From Bdellovibrionales bacterium (GTDB taxonomy: Bacteria; Bdellovibrionota; Bdellovibrionia; Bdellovibrionales; JAGQZY01), in contig CAXRHT010000002.1 of the NCBI GenBank assembly GCA_964230645.1, positions 1,891,175 through 1,955,174 on the forward strand: a stretch of 64,000 nucleotides of DNA. The letters are read 5' to 3'. The notes beneath the pieces were generated by a model that made no database searches, was not told the DNA's origin, and saw only the letters and a list, made by a program, of their open reading frames with translations. Numbering within the stretch: position 1 is the stretch's first letter; each line of letters begins with the position of its first letter. Shown piece by piece: positions 40,109 through 49,849 of the stretch. The position numbers and the translations under genes were made by a program.

Positions 40109-41257
40109 ATGAGTGTACCTCGGAATTCTACATTCTGTGCAAAACTTTGGGATCACATTTGTTTGAGATATGATTCAAGCACTTCACCTTGTTGCCGCTT
40201 TCGCACCGATGGAAATCCTACATTGGAAAAAAAGTCCACTTTACACAGTTTAATGAATGATGAATTCTATCAAAAGTTACGCGAGAAAGCCTTAAAAGGC
40301 ATCCCTATCCCAGGTTGCCAAAAATGCTATGATCAAGAGGCTTGTGGCACTCCAAGTCTGCGACAGACATCCAATAAGACTAGTCTTTTAACCGGAAACT
40401 TGAACAAGACAAGCGATTTAGGAAACATAGATTCTCTTGAAATCTTCCTTGGTGATCGTTGCAATTTAAAATGTGTCACTTGTGGACCAGAATTGAGTTC
40501 ATCATGGAGATTAGATTACAAAAAAATGGCTTGGCCGATGCCGCCTCAAATTAGACCACAAATTGAGACGCTACTACCGGAACTACCTAAATTGACTTCG
40601 CTTACAGAACTCAAACTAGTAGGTGGAGAGCCTTTCTTGTACCGCGAGCAACTTCCAATTCTAGAAGCCTTAGCCACACGCGCCTCCTCAATAAACCTAG
40701 TCTATTTTACAAACCTCACTCATATACCGAGTAAAGAGTTATTAAAACTCTGGACTTCCTTTAAGAGAGTTCAAGTTTTTCTTAGTATCGATGGTTACAA
40801 AAAAATCAACGACTATCTCAGGTATCCTTCTCAATGGAAAAATATTGAAGTGAATATGAGAAAATTTTTTGATTTAGCAAAAAACAATCAGAACATCGAA
40901 CTGTTCGTTTTCACAACTGTATCGGCCTTAAATGTTTGGACACTGAACGACTTAAATAAATGGTACCATAGGGAATTTACTGATCGAAGCCCAACTTTCA
41001 CCACCAAGCTTATCTTTAACCCTCTCGAAGCTCCAGAACATCTGTCCATAAATAACCTGACATCATTACAGCGGAAAAATGCAATATCTAGGCTTTCTCA
41101 AAAAAGTAGTAACGAAATGCGTGTCATCAATTGGTTAAAGGGTTTTAGTTTCAGCAACAAGCAAAACGAGTTGCTTGAATATTTATCTCGACTGGATCAA
41201 ATGAGAAACTTGAATTCTATGGACCTATTCCCCGAAATTTTCGAGACGCAAGTCTAA
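40109..41257 (+). CDS. Radical SAM enzyme with N-terminal Twitch domain
   Basis: FC...PCC...GCQKC...SLR, then CNLKCVTC, GGEP and SIDG..YLRYP. Confidence 0.9.
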   Translation: MSVPRNSTFCAKLWDHICLRYDSSTSPCCRFRTDGNPTLEKKSTLHSLMNDEFYQKLREKALKGIPIPGCQKCYDQEACGTPSLRQTSNKTSLLTGNLNKTSDLGNIDSLEIFLGDRCNLKCVTCGPELSSSWRLDYKKMAWPMPPQIRPQIETLLPELPKLTSLTELKLVGGEPFLYREQLPILEALATRASSINLVYFTNLTHIPSKELLKLWTSFKRVQVFLSIDGYKKINDYLRYPSQWKNIEVNMRKFFDLAKNNQNIELFVFTTVSALNVWTLNDLNKWYHREFTDRSPTFTTKLIFNPLEAPEHLSINNLTSLQRKNAISRLSQKSSNEMRVINWLKGFSFSNKQNELLEYLSRLDQMRNLNSMDLFPEIFETQV

Positions 41258-42720
41258 GAGCTTTCTTTCCGAGGCATCGTCCAAGAATCTTCAATACTAG
41301 AAAATATTAAAACCTTTCCTAGAAATCTAAACTCATCAAGAGTCAATTGTTTGAGGGTTTTCACTCTTTCAGTACGTAAATTAGAATCGTTAACAGTCCC
41401 GTCTTCCATTTTACGCCACCAAAGTCTTTCCGATTTTTCTGAGATTCCGTCTCCAATATTTTGTATTCCTAACTCCTCGATCTTTTCGCGAAGTGGAGTG
41501 TATTCGGATATATAAAGTTCGTTAACAACTACAGTATCAATTGTTCGATCTAAGTCTCTTCTTCTTATCTCTCTAACCAAATCTATGGTCTGCTGAAAAT
41601 CTTTTTCAGTTTCTGTCACATACCCAGCGATCAAAAGAAGATTTACCCCAATATTATTTTCTAAACATTGCTCGAGAGTATAGAAAATATCTTCATTGGT
41701 CTCCTTCTTTCCAATATGCCGACGAATATCGTAACTTCCCGATTCAACTCCTATGCGGAAACGTTTTATGCCTGCGCGGGCCGACATCGCAAAATCCTTT
41801 GGCTTCATCACCTGTCTAGGTCGACAGCGAAAAAAAGCATCAAGTTGAGGAATGTTTTTTGTTTTTTTATTGAGCTCAACCATTTCATTTATAAATTCTC
41901 GGTAGACACTCATTGAGCCATTAAGAATACTGTCGGCCAGTTCAATATAGGCCGGAGAGAATCGCGCCTGAATAGTATGAACCTCTTCAGCAAAGCTTTT
42001 ACCGGCTTTAAAGCGGTATTTGTCAGTCATGGACGGAACATTACAAAACGAACAGTTAAAAACACAGCCACGAGAACCTATTAAGTAAATTCTATTATTT
42101 TTGGGATCTCTTTGCTTATACAGATGGAAGTCAGAATCGGAAAAGTCCGGATAGGGCAACTCATTGAATAATTTGTTGGAGATCCCGATTGGTTTTGTAC
42201 AATCTATATTGGGGTGATTCATACTTCCATCAAGAATACTCAATAAGGCTTCTTCGCCATCACCGCCAACAAAATGATCAATCAATCCTCTAGATTTTAG
42301 AGAATGGCCAATCTCCATAACAGGAGGCCCTCCCATAATAAGAGTTGTTTCTGGTTTTTTTTCACGAAATTTTTTTGCGAAAACATTGACAAAGTACTGA
42401 GATGACCAAGCATGTGTACTCAGTCCCACAATGCGAGGATTGTATTGTAAGATTTGATCGATCCACTGGTTTAGCCACTTATCAAGCTCAAGAGGATTCT
42501 TTGAAAAATGTTTTTCAAAATCATTGTAAGGCCAGTTTCTCTGTTCCGCGTCAGGGAGACTTTCAAAAAGTTGGATCGAAGGATTGATACATTTAACAGA
42601 ATATCCTTTTTGTTCACAATAGGCTTTTAGAAGAGCTGGTGCTAAATGTGGCCCTCGAATAATAATAGGAGGAACCGAGAACAGAACGAGGTCTTTTTCT
42701 TTCTTTTCGCTAGTAGCCAT
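41254..42720 (-). CDS. Cobalamin-binding radical SAM enzyme (class B-like)
   Basis: N-terminal B12-binding Rossmann domain (PALLKA, VGLS, IMGGP, GDGE); SRGCVFNCSFC, GVESGS and GYVTET. Confidence 0.9.
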   Translation of the reverse strand: MATSEKKEKDLVLFSVPPIIIRGPHLAPALLKAYCEQKGYSVKCINPSIQLFESLPDAEQRNWPYNDFEKHFSKNPLELDKWLNQWIDQILQYNPRIVGLSTHAWSSQYFVNVFAKKFREKKPETTLIMGGPPVMEIGHSLKSRGLIDHFVGGDGEEALLSILDGSMNHPNIDCTKPIGISNKLFNELPYPDFSDSDFHLYKQRDPKNNRIYLIGSRGCVFNCSFCNVPSMTDKYRFKAGKSFAEEVHTIQARFSPAYIELADSILNGSMSVYREFINEMVELNKKTKNIPQLDAFFRCRPRQVMKPKDFAMSARAGIKRFRIGVESGSYDIRRHIGKKETNEDIFYTLEQCLENNIGVNLLLIAGYVTETEKDFQQTIDLVREIRRRDLDRTIDTVVVNELYISEYTPLREKIEELGIQNIGDGISEKSERLWWRKMEDGTVNDSNLRTERVKTLKQLTLDEFRFLGKVLIFSSIEDSWTMPRKESS

Positions 42721-42790
42721 TAAACCATCCTTAGTCTTGATTTATTGTAATCAATTGGTTCCGAGCTGTCTAATAATGTCCCCTATTATG

Positions 42791-43423
42791 TTAGTTCCTA
42801 GTCCCATGGATCCCGGCAACCAAATGAAGCCTTTTTAGCTTATGGCTTCCATTAAAAGCAGTATGAAAACTTTCAGTATGACATAAATAGGGATGCCCAT
42901 CTGCAGGGATATGCGCACATTCGTCGGCAATAACCATTCTACAAGATAAGTTCGTTTTAATGGCAATGTGAATTCTTTTTTCGGTATCCGAATGCCAACT
43001 TAAACATTTCTTAGGATTCAACTGCATCAATCGAAAGCGCCCAATATGGTAGTAAGTATTTAAATCTTCATACACTTTATACAGGTAGGTATTCTTAAAC
43101 TCCGAATTAAAACTCACGAAGTCCCTATCTACCAATTGAATATCGCGCTTTTTGAGATTTCCCTTTGAATCATAGGGATTTTTGTCCCATTGATAAGTCA
43201 GCGAACCACAACCTTCATATAATAAATTCTTGCCCGGATACTCTTTGTTGGTATGAGTGAAACAGAGTTGCTCCATTGAAGCTGGGTATTTCCACCGTTT
43301 AAGAACCTGATCACAGCACTCTTGAAGAGCTTTGATATCCCACTTTAGCTCGTCTATTCGATCAAAATTTCTGAAATTAGAAAACTGCTGAGCTTCATTA
43401 TTGGGTTGATAGTTGACTGGCAC
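42791..43423 (-). CDS. Aspartyl/asparaginyl beta-hydroxylase-like 2OG-Fe(II) oxygenase
   Basis: RLMQL.P...SWHSD, RIHI and HTAFN....RLHLV. Start placed at GTG 43423 after AAGGAG. Confidence 0.8.
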   Translation of the reverse strand: MPVNYQPNNEAQQFSNFRNFDRIDELKWDIKALQECCDQVLKRWKYPASMEQLCFTHTNKEYPGKNLLYEGCGSLTYQWDKNPYDSKGNLKKRDIQLVDRDFVSFNSEFKNTYLYKVYEDLNTYYHIGRFRLMQLNPKKCLSWHSDTEKRIHIAIKTNLSCRMVIADECAHIPADGHPYLCHTESFHTAFNGSHKLKRLHLVAGIHGTRN

Positions 43424-43582
43424 TTGATCTCCTTTGCCATTTTGTAAAATACTACACTCGCTGATAGCAGAATACGGGGGCAACACAGCGCATTACATTG
43501 CCATTTCTTCCCGCTCCACCTTATCTGACAATTGTTGAATTGGTGTGGAATTTTGCTAGTATTGACTAATTAAGAGGTCAAT

Positions 43583-44317
43583 ATGTCCTTAAAGATACCG
43601 GAGTTCCCTCAATCGGTTAGCTCAGCCATTTCTGATCATTTCGAAAGTCCCTTTGTCCTTCAGGGCTTTTTTGATCTGGATGAGCTTGATTTTATTACCC
43701 ATCAAAAAAATTCTTGCGAGAAGGTACTAAAACAAAGCGGAGTGATTAACTATAAATATTCAAAAGGTGGAGAACTTGAGCGGTTCCTCATAGAAAAGTT
43801 CACGCCTCATTTGGGCTCAATTTATCGTCATGGGGGTTCTTTTTTCGAAACACCTGAGCCCTTTCACGTCCATACAGATTCCGGAAAGTTAGAGGACATG
43901 GAGGGTGGTTTTTTTCCCTTTAAAAATATACTTATTCCACTGGTCAGCAGCAGCTCTCACTCTCCACTGTACACTGTTTTCTTCAACCAAAGAAACTTGG
44001 GCCAAGCCTCCCACTTCTGGAAAGGGTTTGAGTTCCATAATAAAAGGCCACACTACAACTTTAAGGTTACTGACTATGGAAGACTCTTAAATCTAAGAAA
44101 ATCTCAATTCAGCCGGGAAGAGCACCAGGAACATCTCGGTCACCTTCCGATTTCTTGCCTGCAAGGACTCAGTATTGAAACAACTCTACAATGGACCCGC
44201 GGCGATGCTATCGTGTTCGATTGTAGCCAACTACATGCTAGTAACAACTTTCGTGTATTTAGAAATAATTTAAAAAGTGGGTTGAGTCTTTTTACTAAAA
44301 AGGAATACCTCTTGTAA
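43583..44317 (+). CDS. 2OG-Fe(II) oxygenase-like protein
   Basis: HTD...NILIPL...W.RGDAIVFDCSQLHAS (HxD...H facial triad). Confidence 0.75.
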   Translation: MSLKIPEFPQSVSSAISDHFESPFVLQGFFDLDELDFITHQKNSCEKVLKQSGVINYKYSKGGELERFLIEKFTPHLGSIYRHGGSFFETPEPFHVHTDSGKLEDMEGGFFPFKNILIPLVSSSSHSPLYTVFFNQRNLGQASHFWKGFEFHNKRPHYNFKVTDYGRLLNLRKSQFSREEHQEHLGHLPISCLQGLSIETTLQWTRGDAIVFDCSQLHASNNFRVFRNNLKSGLSLFTKKEYLL

Positions 44318-44859
44318 TGATGTGGGAACTCTATCAAACTAAACATCCCGGTCTCGGAACTGTGTGCGAGGTATACCTTAGCGTGGACGGCCGATATATT
44401 AAACGCATTTTTAAAAAAGACGCAATTACGGTTAGCGGAAAGAAAACACGCTTCTCCGACAAAACGATTCAACTTTTTTTTGAAAATGAAGTGTATTGGC
44501 TTAAAAAATTAGATGGTGAATTCCTACCAGAACTTTTCGAAATAGACGCTAAAGAGAGATCAATAGTTCAAGGTCGAACTGATACAAGTCTTTTGGACTA
44601 TAAACCTATTTTACTGAAAAAGATTCCAGATGTAGAAGAGCAGATAATAGAAATGTACCGTTTTTTTCGTAAAGAAAAGGTTTTCAAGAGGAATGGCTCT
44701 CTAAGTAATTTGACATTAAAAAATAATAAAGTTTTAGCTTTTGACTTCAAATGGGCCATGAGACGTCCCTTTGGGATCGGCAAGGAGCTTTTCAGCTACG
44801 ACCACTATCTTTACAAAATCAATCGTAAGCTTCCCCACCGTTTAAAGGAGCTTTTATGA
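44317..44859 (+). CDS. Small protein-kinase-like fold protein
   Basis: GLGTVCEVY, YIKR, NEVYWL and RNGSLSNL...AFDF; the catalytic Asp is not evident. Confidence 0.55.
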   Translation: MMWELYQTKHPGLGTVCEVYLSVDGRYIKRIFKKDAITVSGKKTRFSDKTIQLFFENEVYWLKKLDGEFLPELFEIDAKERSIVQGRTDTSLLDYKPILLKKIPDVEEQIIEMYRFFRKEKVFKRNGSLSNLTLKNNKVLAFDFKWAMRRPFGIGKELFSYDHYLYKINRKLPHRLKELL

Positions 44860-45734
44860 TAACTCGTCAAGCTAACCCAATAAATGATCCTGAAATTATA
44901 CAATTTCTCGATGATTTACAACGAGACTATCCATTTTTCCGAGAAGATTTCCCTAGCCCAATAGGTGAGTTTAAGACAAAATTTCTGCAATCTTTCGAAC
45001 AATGGCGCAAGGCAAATCCCCATTCTCAAGTGATTGGTATAGACAATTGGAGCACCTATGTCACATCTGGCACGACCGAAAGCTTTACGAATTTTTTATT
45101 GAAGTACCCTGAGCGAACGACTTATGTACTCAACGGAGAATATCCATATCACAAAATGGTCGGTGCTAGAACCCTAAGGGATTTTAAAGAGCTTCCGACT
45201 AACGCCAAACTTATTTTAAGTCATCCTTTTTCGGCTACCGGAAACACCCATCGAAATTTAAATGACATACTATACTTTTGCACAGAGCGTTCGATTCCCG
45301 TTCTCCTTGATTGTGCACTTTTGTATGTCAGCCAAATCCCACCACTAAACATCGAGCCTTTTACTTGCATTGATTGGGTTTGTTTTAGTCTCAGTAAAAG
45401 TTTTTCAAGTGGTCGGTTTCGTGCGGGAGTTCTATATACAAAAAGTGTAGAACATAAGATACCTCTACAAGTCTTAAATGAGTGGTCTTATTTGAATCAT
45501 CTCTCTTTAAAAATTCACATTCAATTGATGCTCAATTTTTCTTCAAATTTTATTTTTAACAAATATCGAGCCCAACAACTGGACTTGTGTGGAAAACTTG
45601 AGGTAGAACCCAGCGATTGTGTTCTCTTCGGGATTTCTGACAACCCAAAGTATGATGAATATACAAGATCGGGAATAATAAACCGACTCTGTCTTTCCAA
45701 ACAATATTACAGGGACCAATATACTGATGTCTGA
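44856..45734 (+). CDS. Compact PLP-dependent (fold type I) enzyme
   Basis: GTTESF, GEYPYH, S.PFSATG, LLDCA and FSLSKSF...RAG (Schiff-base Lys). Confidence 0.8.
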   Translation: MITRQANPINDPEIIQFLDDLQRDYPFFREDFPSPIGEFKTKFLQSFEQWRKANPHSQVIGIDNWSTYVTSGTTESFTNFLLKYPERTTYVLNGEYPYHKMVGARTLRDFKELPTNAKLILSHPFSATGNTHRNLNDILYFCTERSIPVLLDCALLYVSQIPPLNIEPFTCIDWVCFSLSKSFSSGRFRAGVLYTKSVEHKIPLQVLNEWSYLNHLSLKIHIQLMLNFSSNFIFNKYRAQQLDLCGKLEVEPSDCVLFGISDNPKYDEYTRSGIINRLCLSKQYYRDQYTDV

Positions 45735-46269
45735 ATCTGAAAACCTGAATATTACACGGATCTCCTTTGAGACCATAAAACGTTATTGGGTTGAAAATAA
45801 GCATTTTAATGATCCTAAAAAAAACATCATTAAAAACGTTAGATACCTGGGTCCCTATGTGAATACTGAAGAAAATCCAAGGGGAATTTGCTACGGGTTG
45901 TATACAGGCCCAGAGCTTATCGGTGTAACAATGCTTTACACTTGGAACAAAAACTGGGTGCGATATCGCACTCTCAATATTCTACCTCGTTGGCGTGGAA
46001 GAGACCTTGGCTGGCTCTTACTGCTTAACTCATACAGTGAGGATTGGCACGGTCGGGATATTTTTGGATGGACCCGAAACAGCCATCGCCAATGGAGCGA
46101 AAAAAAAGGATTTGAGATTCTAAAATCTGAGGGAGAAGTAAATTCTCATCACGCTATGCTTTTGAAATTCTCCAAAATAGATTCTATACTCAATCATCCG
46201 AACTTTTTAAAAATACCCGTACGAGGCAAAGTTATTTTAAATCTTGGAGACATTCAATGGAACGCCTAG
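45727..46269 (+). CDS. GNAT-family acetyltransferase
   Basis: RYRTLNILPRWRGRDLGWLLL (motif A) and KKGF (motif B). Confidence 0.8.
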   Translation: MSESENLNITRISFETIKRYWVENKHFNDPKKNIIKNVRYLGPYVNTEENPRGICYGLYTGPELIGVTMLYTWNKNWVRYRTLNILPRWRGRDLGWLLLLNSYSEDWHGRDIFGWTRNSHRQWSEKKGFEILKSEGEVNSHHAMLLKFSKIDSILNHPNFLKIPVRGKVILNLGDIQWNA

Positions 46270-46472
46270 CGCAAAGTCTACGTGCCTTTATTCAAATCAG
46301 CCTTGCCTTATTTATTGGGACTCTTGCTCTGGTTTTTCCTTATAAACTTCGTTGTCTTTATATTAAATTTATTGCAGAACTTTTCCATTTACCCTTTTTC
46401 ATCTTTGGAAAGCTCACTAAGTACTTATGTGACCAACTAAACATCGATCTAAGAAAGATTTATGAAGAATGA
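46257..46472 (+). CDS. Small membrane protein
   Basis: 71-aa hydrophobic ORF with RBS GGAGA, overlapping both neighbours. Confidence 0.7.
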   Translation: MERLAQSLRAFIQISLALFIGTLALVFPYKLRCLYIKFIAELFHLPFFIFGKLTKYLCDQLNIDLRKIYEE

Positions 46473-47307
46473 TTCCTGCATAGTTTTGTTTTCCGGAGGC
46501 ACGGATTCACTGTGTGCAGCAGCACTTGCTGCTCAGTCTTATCAATCGATTCATTTACTCACTTGTTTTGATCGCACTACAAAGAATTCTCCTATTCCAA
46601 CTCAATCCGTTAAACTATTAAAAAGACACTTTCCTACTAACGAAATTAAATTATTCAAATGCAATACAGACCAAATAGTAAAGAATCTTTCTTATTCACG
46701 TTTTTTTAAATTCTTCTTCAAATATCGCCTCTTGCAAACAGCTAGCTGCGCTCACACTTCTTTAAGTTGGCATATAACCGCGATGATACATTCACAAACA
46801 TATGGAATTTCAAGGGTTCAAGATGGTTTGACACGCGAAATGCTCCATCTTCCAGGTCATATGGATGAGTTTATTCAATTAATGAAACATTATTATGAAC
46901 AATTTCAAATAGAATACTCCAATCCCGTCCGAGACTGGGATGTCCCTGAAGAACAACAATTAGTGGATCGCTTCATCATTAATCGACATGGTTTTCTTTT
47001 TCCCAGCGAGGAAAATGCAAAATTGAAAACGACTGGCCAATATCTTTTCAAGATGGGAATACTGAAGCAACCGAATATAAAAGGATCCTCACTTGATCGA
47101 AGTCTACAGCACGACTGTTATCCCTTCGTTTTATATAATATAATTCTTTTCTGGTTCTACCTAAATATAGGTACTTTTGAAAAATTTAAATCAAGACTCA
47201 TTAATATGATAACTGACAAGTTTGATTTATTTCTTTCTATACACTTTAAAAATAAAAGCTTCTCCTCCAGAGAAGATTTTTACCAGTCCGAGGAAGTAAA
47301 TGTTTAA
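46462..47307 (+). CDS. PP-loop (adenine nucleotide alpha-hydrolase) enzyme
   Basis: IVLFSGGTDS PP-loop; VQDG and YSNPV. Confidence 0.8.
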   Translation: MKNDSCIVLFSGGTDSLCAAALAAQSYQSIHLLTCFDRTTKNSPIPTQSVKLLKRHFPTNEIKLFKCNTDQIVKNLSYSRFFKFFFKYRLLQTASCAHTSLSWHITAMIHSQTYGISRVQDGLTREMLHLPGHMDEFIQLMKHYYEQFQIEYSNPVRDWDVPEEQQLVDRFIINRHGFLFPSEENAKLKTTGQYLFKMGILKQPNIKGSSLDRSLQHDCYPFVLYNIILFWFYLNIGTFEKFKSRLINMITDKFDLFLSIHFKNKSFSSREDFYQSEEVNV

Positions 47308-48475
47308 AAAAATGCTTTTCAATTTTTTGTATGTAATATGTATATTTGTAGGGACTCTTGTTTGTTACGAATTATGGCTCCGTTTTGAAATGTACTATAT
47401 TAAAAGTGATCCTTATGAAATCGCAATGTTTGAGAAGGTGCATCCCAGAATCGCTGATCTTTGGCTCAGGGGATATAATGATAGAAAGTATTTTTGGGGT
47501 CCTCCTTATCATGTCTTTTTAAATCGTGGACTTAACAATTCAAAAAGAATGGAAACTATCTACAAGCACTCAATTTTACCAACTGGTGAGTGGGTCACCC
47601 CTAATTTTTTAAGGTCCCCTGAGGACGAAGAGGCTTCTCAATATAGAGTTTCAGTGAATAGACTGGGGTTCCGTGACCAAGAGAGGAGCATCAAAAAACC
47701 GGAGAAGGTATTCCGCATTATCGTACTCGGTTCTTATCCGGCTTTTGGATCTGGGGTGAGTAACTCTGAAACCTATAGTTTTTATCTTGAAAAACGACTG
47801 AACAGCTCGTCAAAAAATCTTAAATACGAAGTGTGGAATGGTGGCCAACAAGGCACGACTTCTATATCTGGATATGCTCGTCTGGTTGGGGAGACTATGA
47901 AATACCAACCAGATCTGCTAATTTGGGATTTTGGCTGGGTCGATCTATATTTCGGTGAAGATTTTGTCAAAGATCCAAACGTTAAAAATTATCGTTATTC
48001 CATTAAGCAACGAACGCTACAATGGATCTGGCGAAATTTAACCTTTTTAGTAAGTTCTAGAAAAATTTATCACTTTTTCAATCGAGATTTCCGTGAGGTC
48101 TTAAAAAAGGACTGGAAACGCGTGACTTTAAAAGCCCTAGATTTTGCGAAAAAAAATGGTTTACCTGTTTTACTTCTTAAACAACGGCCAGTTATCATCC
48201 CCGATGAAGATTATATGGAAATTTCGAATCAATATGAAAATGTCCATTTTGTACAACTTCAAGATATGTTTTATAATAATAAGGTACCCCTCACCCCAGA
48301 GATTAAAACAGCGTTTTGGTCCAGGCCCAATTGGTTGAATGAGGTCGGTTACAAAAAAGACGATGAAATACCCAGTCAATATTATTGGCGCGTGGATGCT
48401 ATCCAGTTAAATCGCTTCGCTCATAAGGCCGTGGCGGAAAAATTAGTAGACGTGATTGATGAAAAAATCAAATAA
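47300..48475 (+). CDS. Membrane-anchored SGNH/GDSL-family protein
   Basis: TM; VNRLGFRD, RIIVLGS..AFGSGV, NGGQQG and DFGWVD. C-terminal DAIQLN has Gln where His is expected. Confidence 0.75.
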   Translation: MFKKMLFNFLYVICIFVGTLVCYELWLRFEMYYIKSDPYEIAMFEKVHPRIADLWLRGYNDRKYFWGPPYHVFLNRGLNNSKRMETIYKHSILPTGEWVTPNFLRSPEDEEASQYRVSVNRLGFRDQERSIKKPEKVFRIIVLGSYPAFGSGVSNSETYSFYLEKRLNSSSKNLKYEVWNGGQQGTTSISGYARLVGETMKYQPDLLIWDFGWVDLYFGEDFVKDPNVKNYRYSIKQRTLQWIWRNLTFLVSSRKIYHFFNRDFREVLKKDWKRVTLKALDFAKKNGLPVLLLKQRPVIIPDEDYMEISNQYENVHFVQLQDMFYNNKVPLTPEIKTAFWSRPNWLNEVGYKKDDEIPSQYYWRVDAIQLNRFAHKAVAEKLVDVIDEKIK

Positions 48476-49655
48476 AATCAATAATATAATCTTCAGTTTT
48501 TTAGCAATCTTTATTTGGATTGCTTTGTTTGAAGGCTTGAGTTTCCTATGGTTAAAAAATTTTGGAAATCCTTTTTTACAAACCAAGAGAATACTCAAGT
48601 CTCACGCTTATCTCGGCTGGATTGCTAAAAGTGGTCTCGATCTAGAATTTTACGATACTCAAGTTTTTACTGACCAAGACGGAATTCGCACTCACGATGG
48701 TGAGCCACATTCTAAGTATCCTAATCTTGTTACCTTAGGTCCCTCGAGTGCTTTTGGATGGGGAGTGGAATATTCACAAACCTATTCTTCTTTAGTGGCC
48801 CAAAAACTCTTCAACAAAGAAATAGGAGATTCTTTACTTAACCTCAGTCAAATTGGCCACAGTAGTTTCCAGGGAGCTCGTCTTTACTCACAGGTATATG
48901 AAGATATTTCTGAAGCGCAGATTTTTTTAATTGCCTACGGAGTCAATGACCTTGATCGATTTCGCTTTTTCTATGCGAGCCCTCTTAAGGATTCTACCGA
49001 ATTTAGTAAAACAAAGTCCCGTCCTGGATTGGATATCCTCAATCAATCTAATTTTTTAGTAATCACATCTTTTTATTTAAATCGATGGCTTAGTCGTTTC
49101 TATTGTGGATGGATGACAGAATTACCTCAGCAGAGGGTCCCACTGGAAGAAACAGTTCAAATCCAGACCGAGTTGATTAGACAGATTCAAAAAAACGGTG
49201 GCAGAGTAGTTCTTGTTGGCACGCCTCACTCTTATCATGGATACAATTCTAATGATATTCTTGATATTGAAAACGACATAAAAGCGAAAAAGATCAAGAA
49301 CAAAGAACAATTGACAGCTATGTTGAAACTAGCCGAAACATTTCCCCACCAAACAATGGCTTTTTATAAGGTTATGAATTATTACGCCAAGAGGGGAAAA
49401 TGCCGTAAGGCTCATGACTTTTTCCGAAAAGGTCAGTTGAATGAACCCTACCGAGTAGTTGCAAGAATTAACGAGTTGAATCAGAGACTCAAACAATTGA
49501 GCCGAGACTTAAAAATTCCCTTTATTGACGCCAATCACCTTCTCTTGCAAAATAAGAGCCTGTTTGTAGATCCGGTGCATCCAAACACTTTGGGACACAA
49601 AAAGATCGCTGATTTGATTTTAGAGAGATTGAAGTTAGAGGACTTGAATGAATAA
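48456..49655 (+). CDS. Membrane-anchored SGNH/GDSL-family protein
   Basis: TM; LGPSSAFGWGV, GHSS, YGVND and FVDPVHPNTLGH. Confidence 0.85.
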   Translation: MMKKSNKINNIIFSFLAIFIWIALFEGLSFLWLKNFGNPFLQTKRILKSHAYLGWIAKSGLDLEFYDTQVFTDQDGIRTHDGEPHSKYPNLVTLGPSSAFGWGVEYSQTYSSLVAQKLFNKEIGDSLLNLSQIGHSSFQGARLYSQVYEDISEAQIFLIAYGVNDLDRFRFFYASPLKDSTEFSKTKSRPGLDILNQSNFLVITSFYLNRWLSRFYCGWMTELPQQRVPLEETVQIQTELIRQIQKNGGRVVLVGTPHSYHGYNSNDILDIENDIKAKKIKNKEQLTAMLKLAETFPHQTMAFYKVMNYYAKRGKCRKAHDFFRKGQLNEPYRVVARINELNQRLKQLSRDLKIPFIDANHLLLQNKSLFVDPVHPNTLGHKKIADLILERLKLEDLNE

Positions 49656-49821
49656 AAACAAACGCTCAATGATTCGTCTCCTCGAGGTGACCATAAAAGA
49701 GATCTTCAACCAAAAAAAATGGTGGCTTCTTCCTATTTGGATTTTGATTTGCACGATTGCTCTCGTGTTAATAGTTTCAGGGTCCTCTTTCCTCATCCCG
49801 GCTATTTATATTGCTTTTTAA
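49648..49821 (+). CDS. DUF5989-like small membrane protein (57 aa, below the ORF-track cutoff)
   Basis: Manual translation MNKNKRSMIRLLEVTIKEIFNQKKWWLLPIWILICTIALVLIVSGSSFLIPAIYIAF; KKWWLLP...P.IY..F signature; RBS GAGGA; overlaps the SGNH stop. Confidence 0.85.
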   Translation: MNKNKRSMIRLLEVTIKEIFNQKKWWLLPIWILICTIALVLIVSGSSFLIPAIYIAF

Positions 49822-49849
49822 ATATCCAAAGAAGCCAAAGGATTTTATT

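Noticed and set aside
46462..47307. QueC / 7-deazaguanine pathway
   Set aside because: The PP-loop is present, but the C-terminal Zn-binding Cys cluster of QueC is missing, and no queD, queE, folE or dpdA-like genes are nearby.
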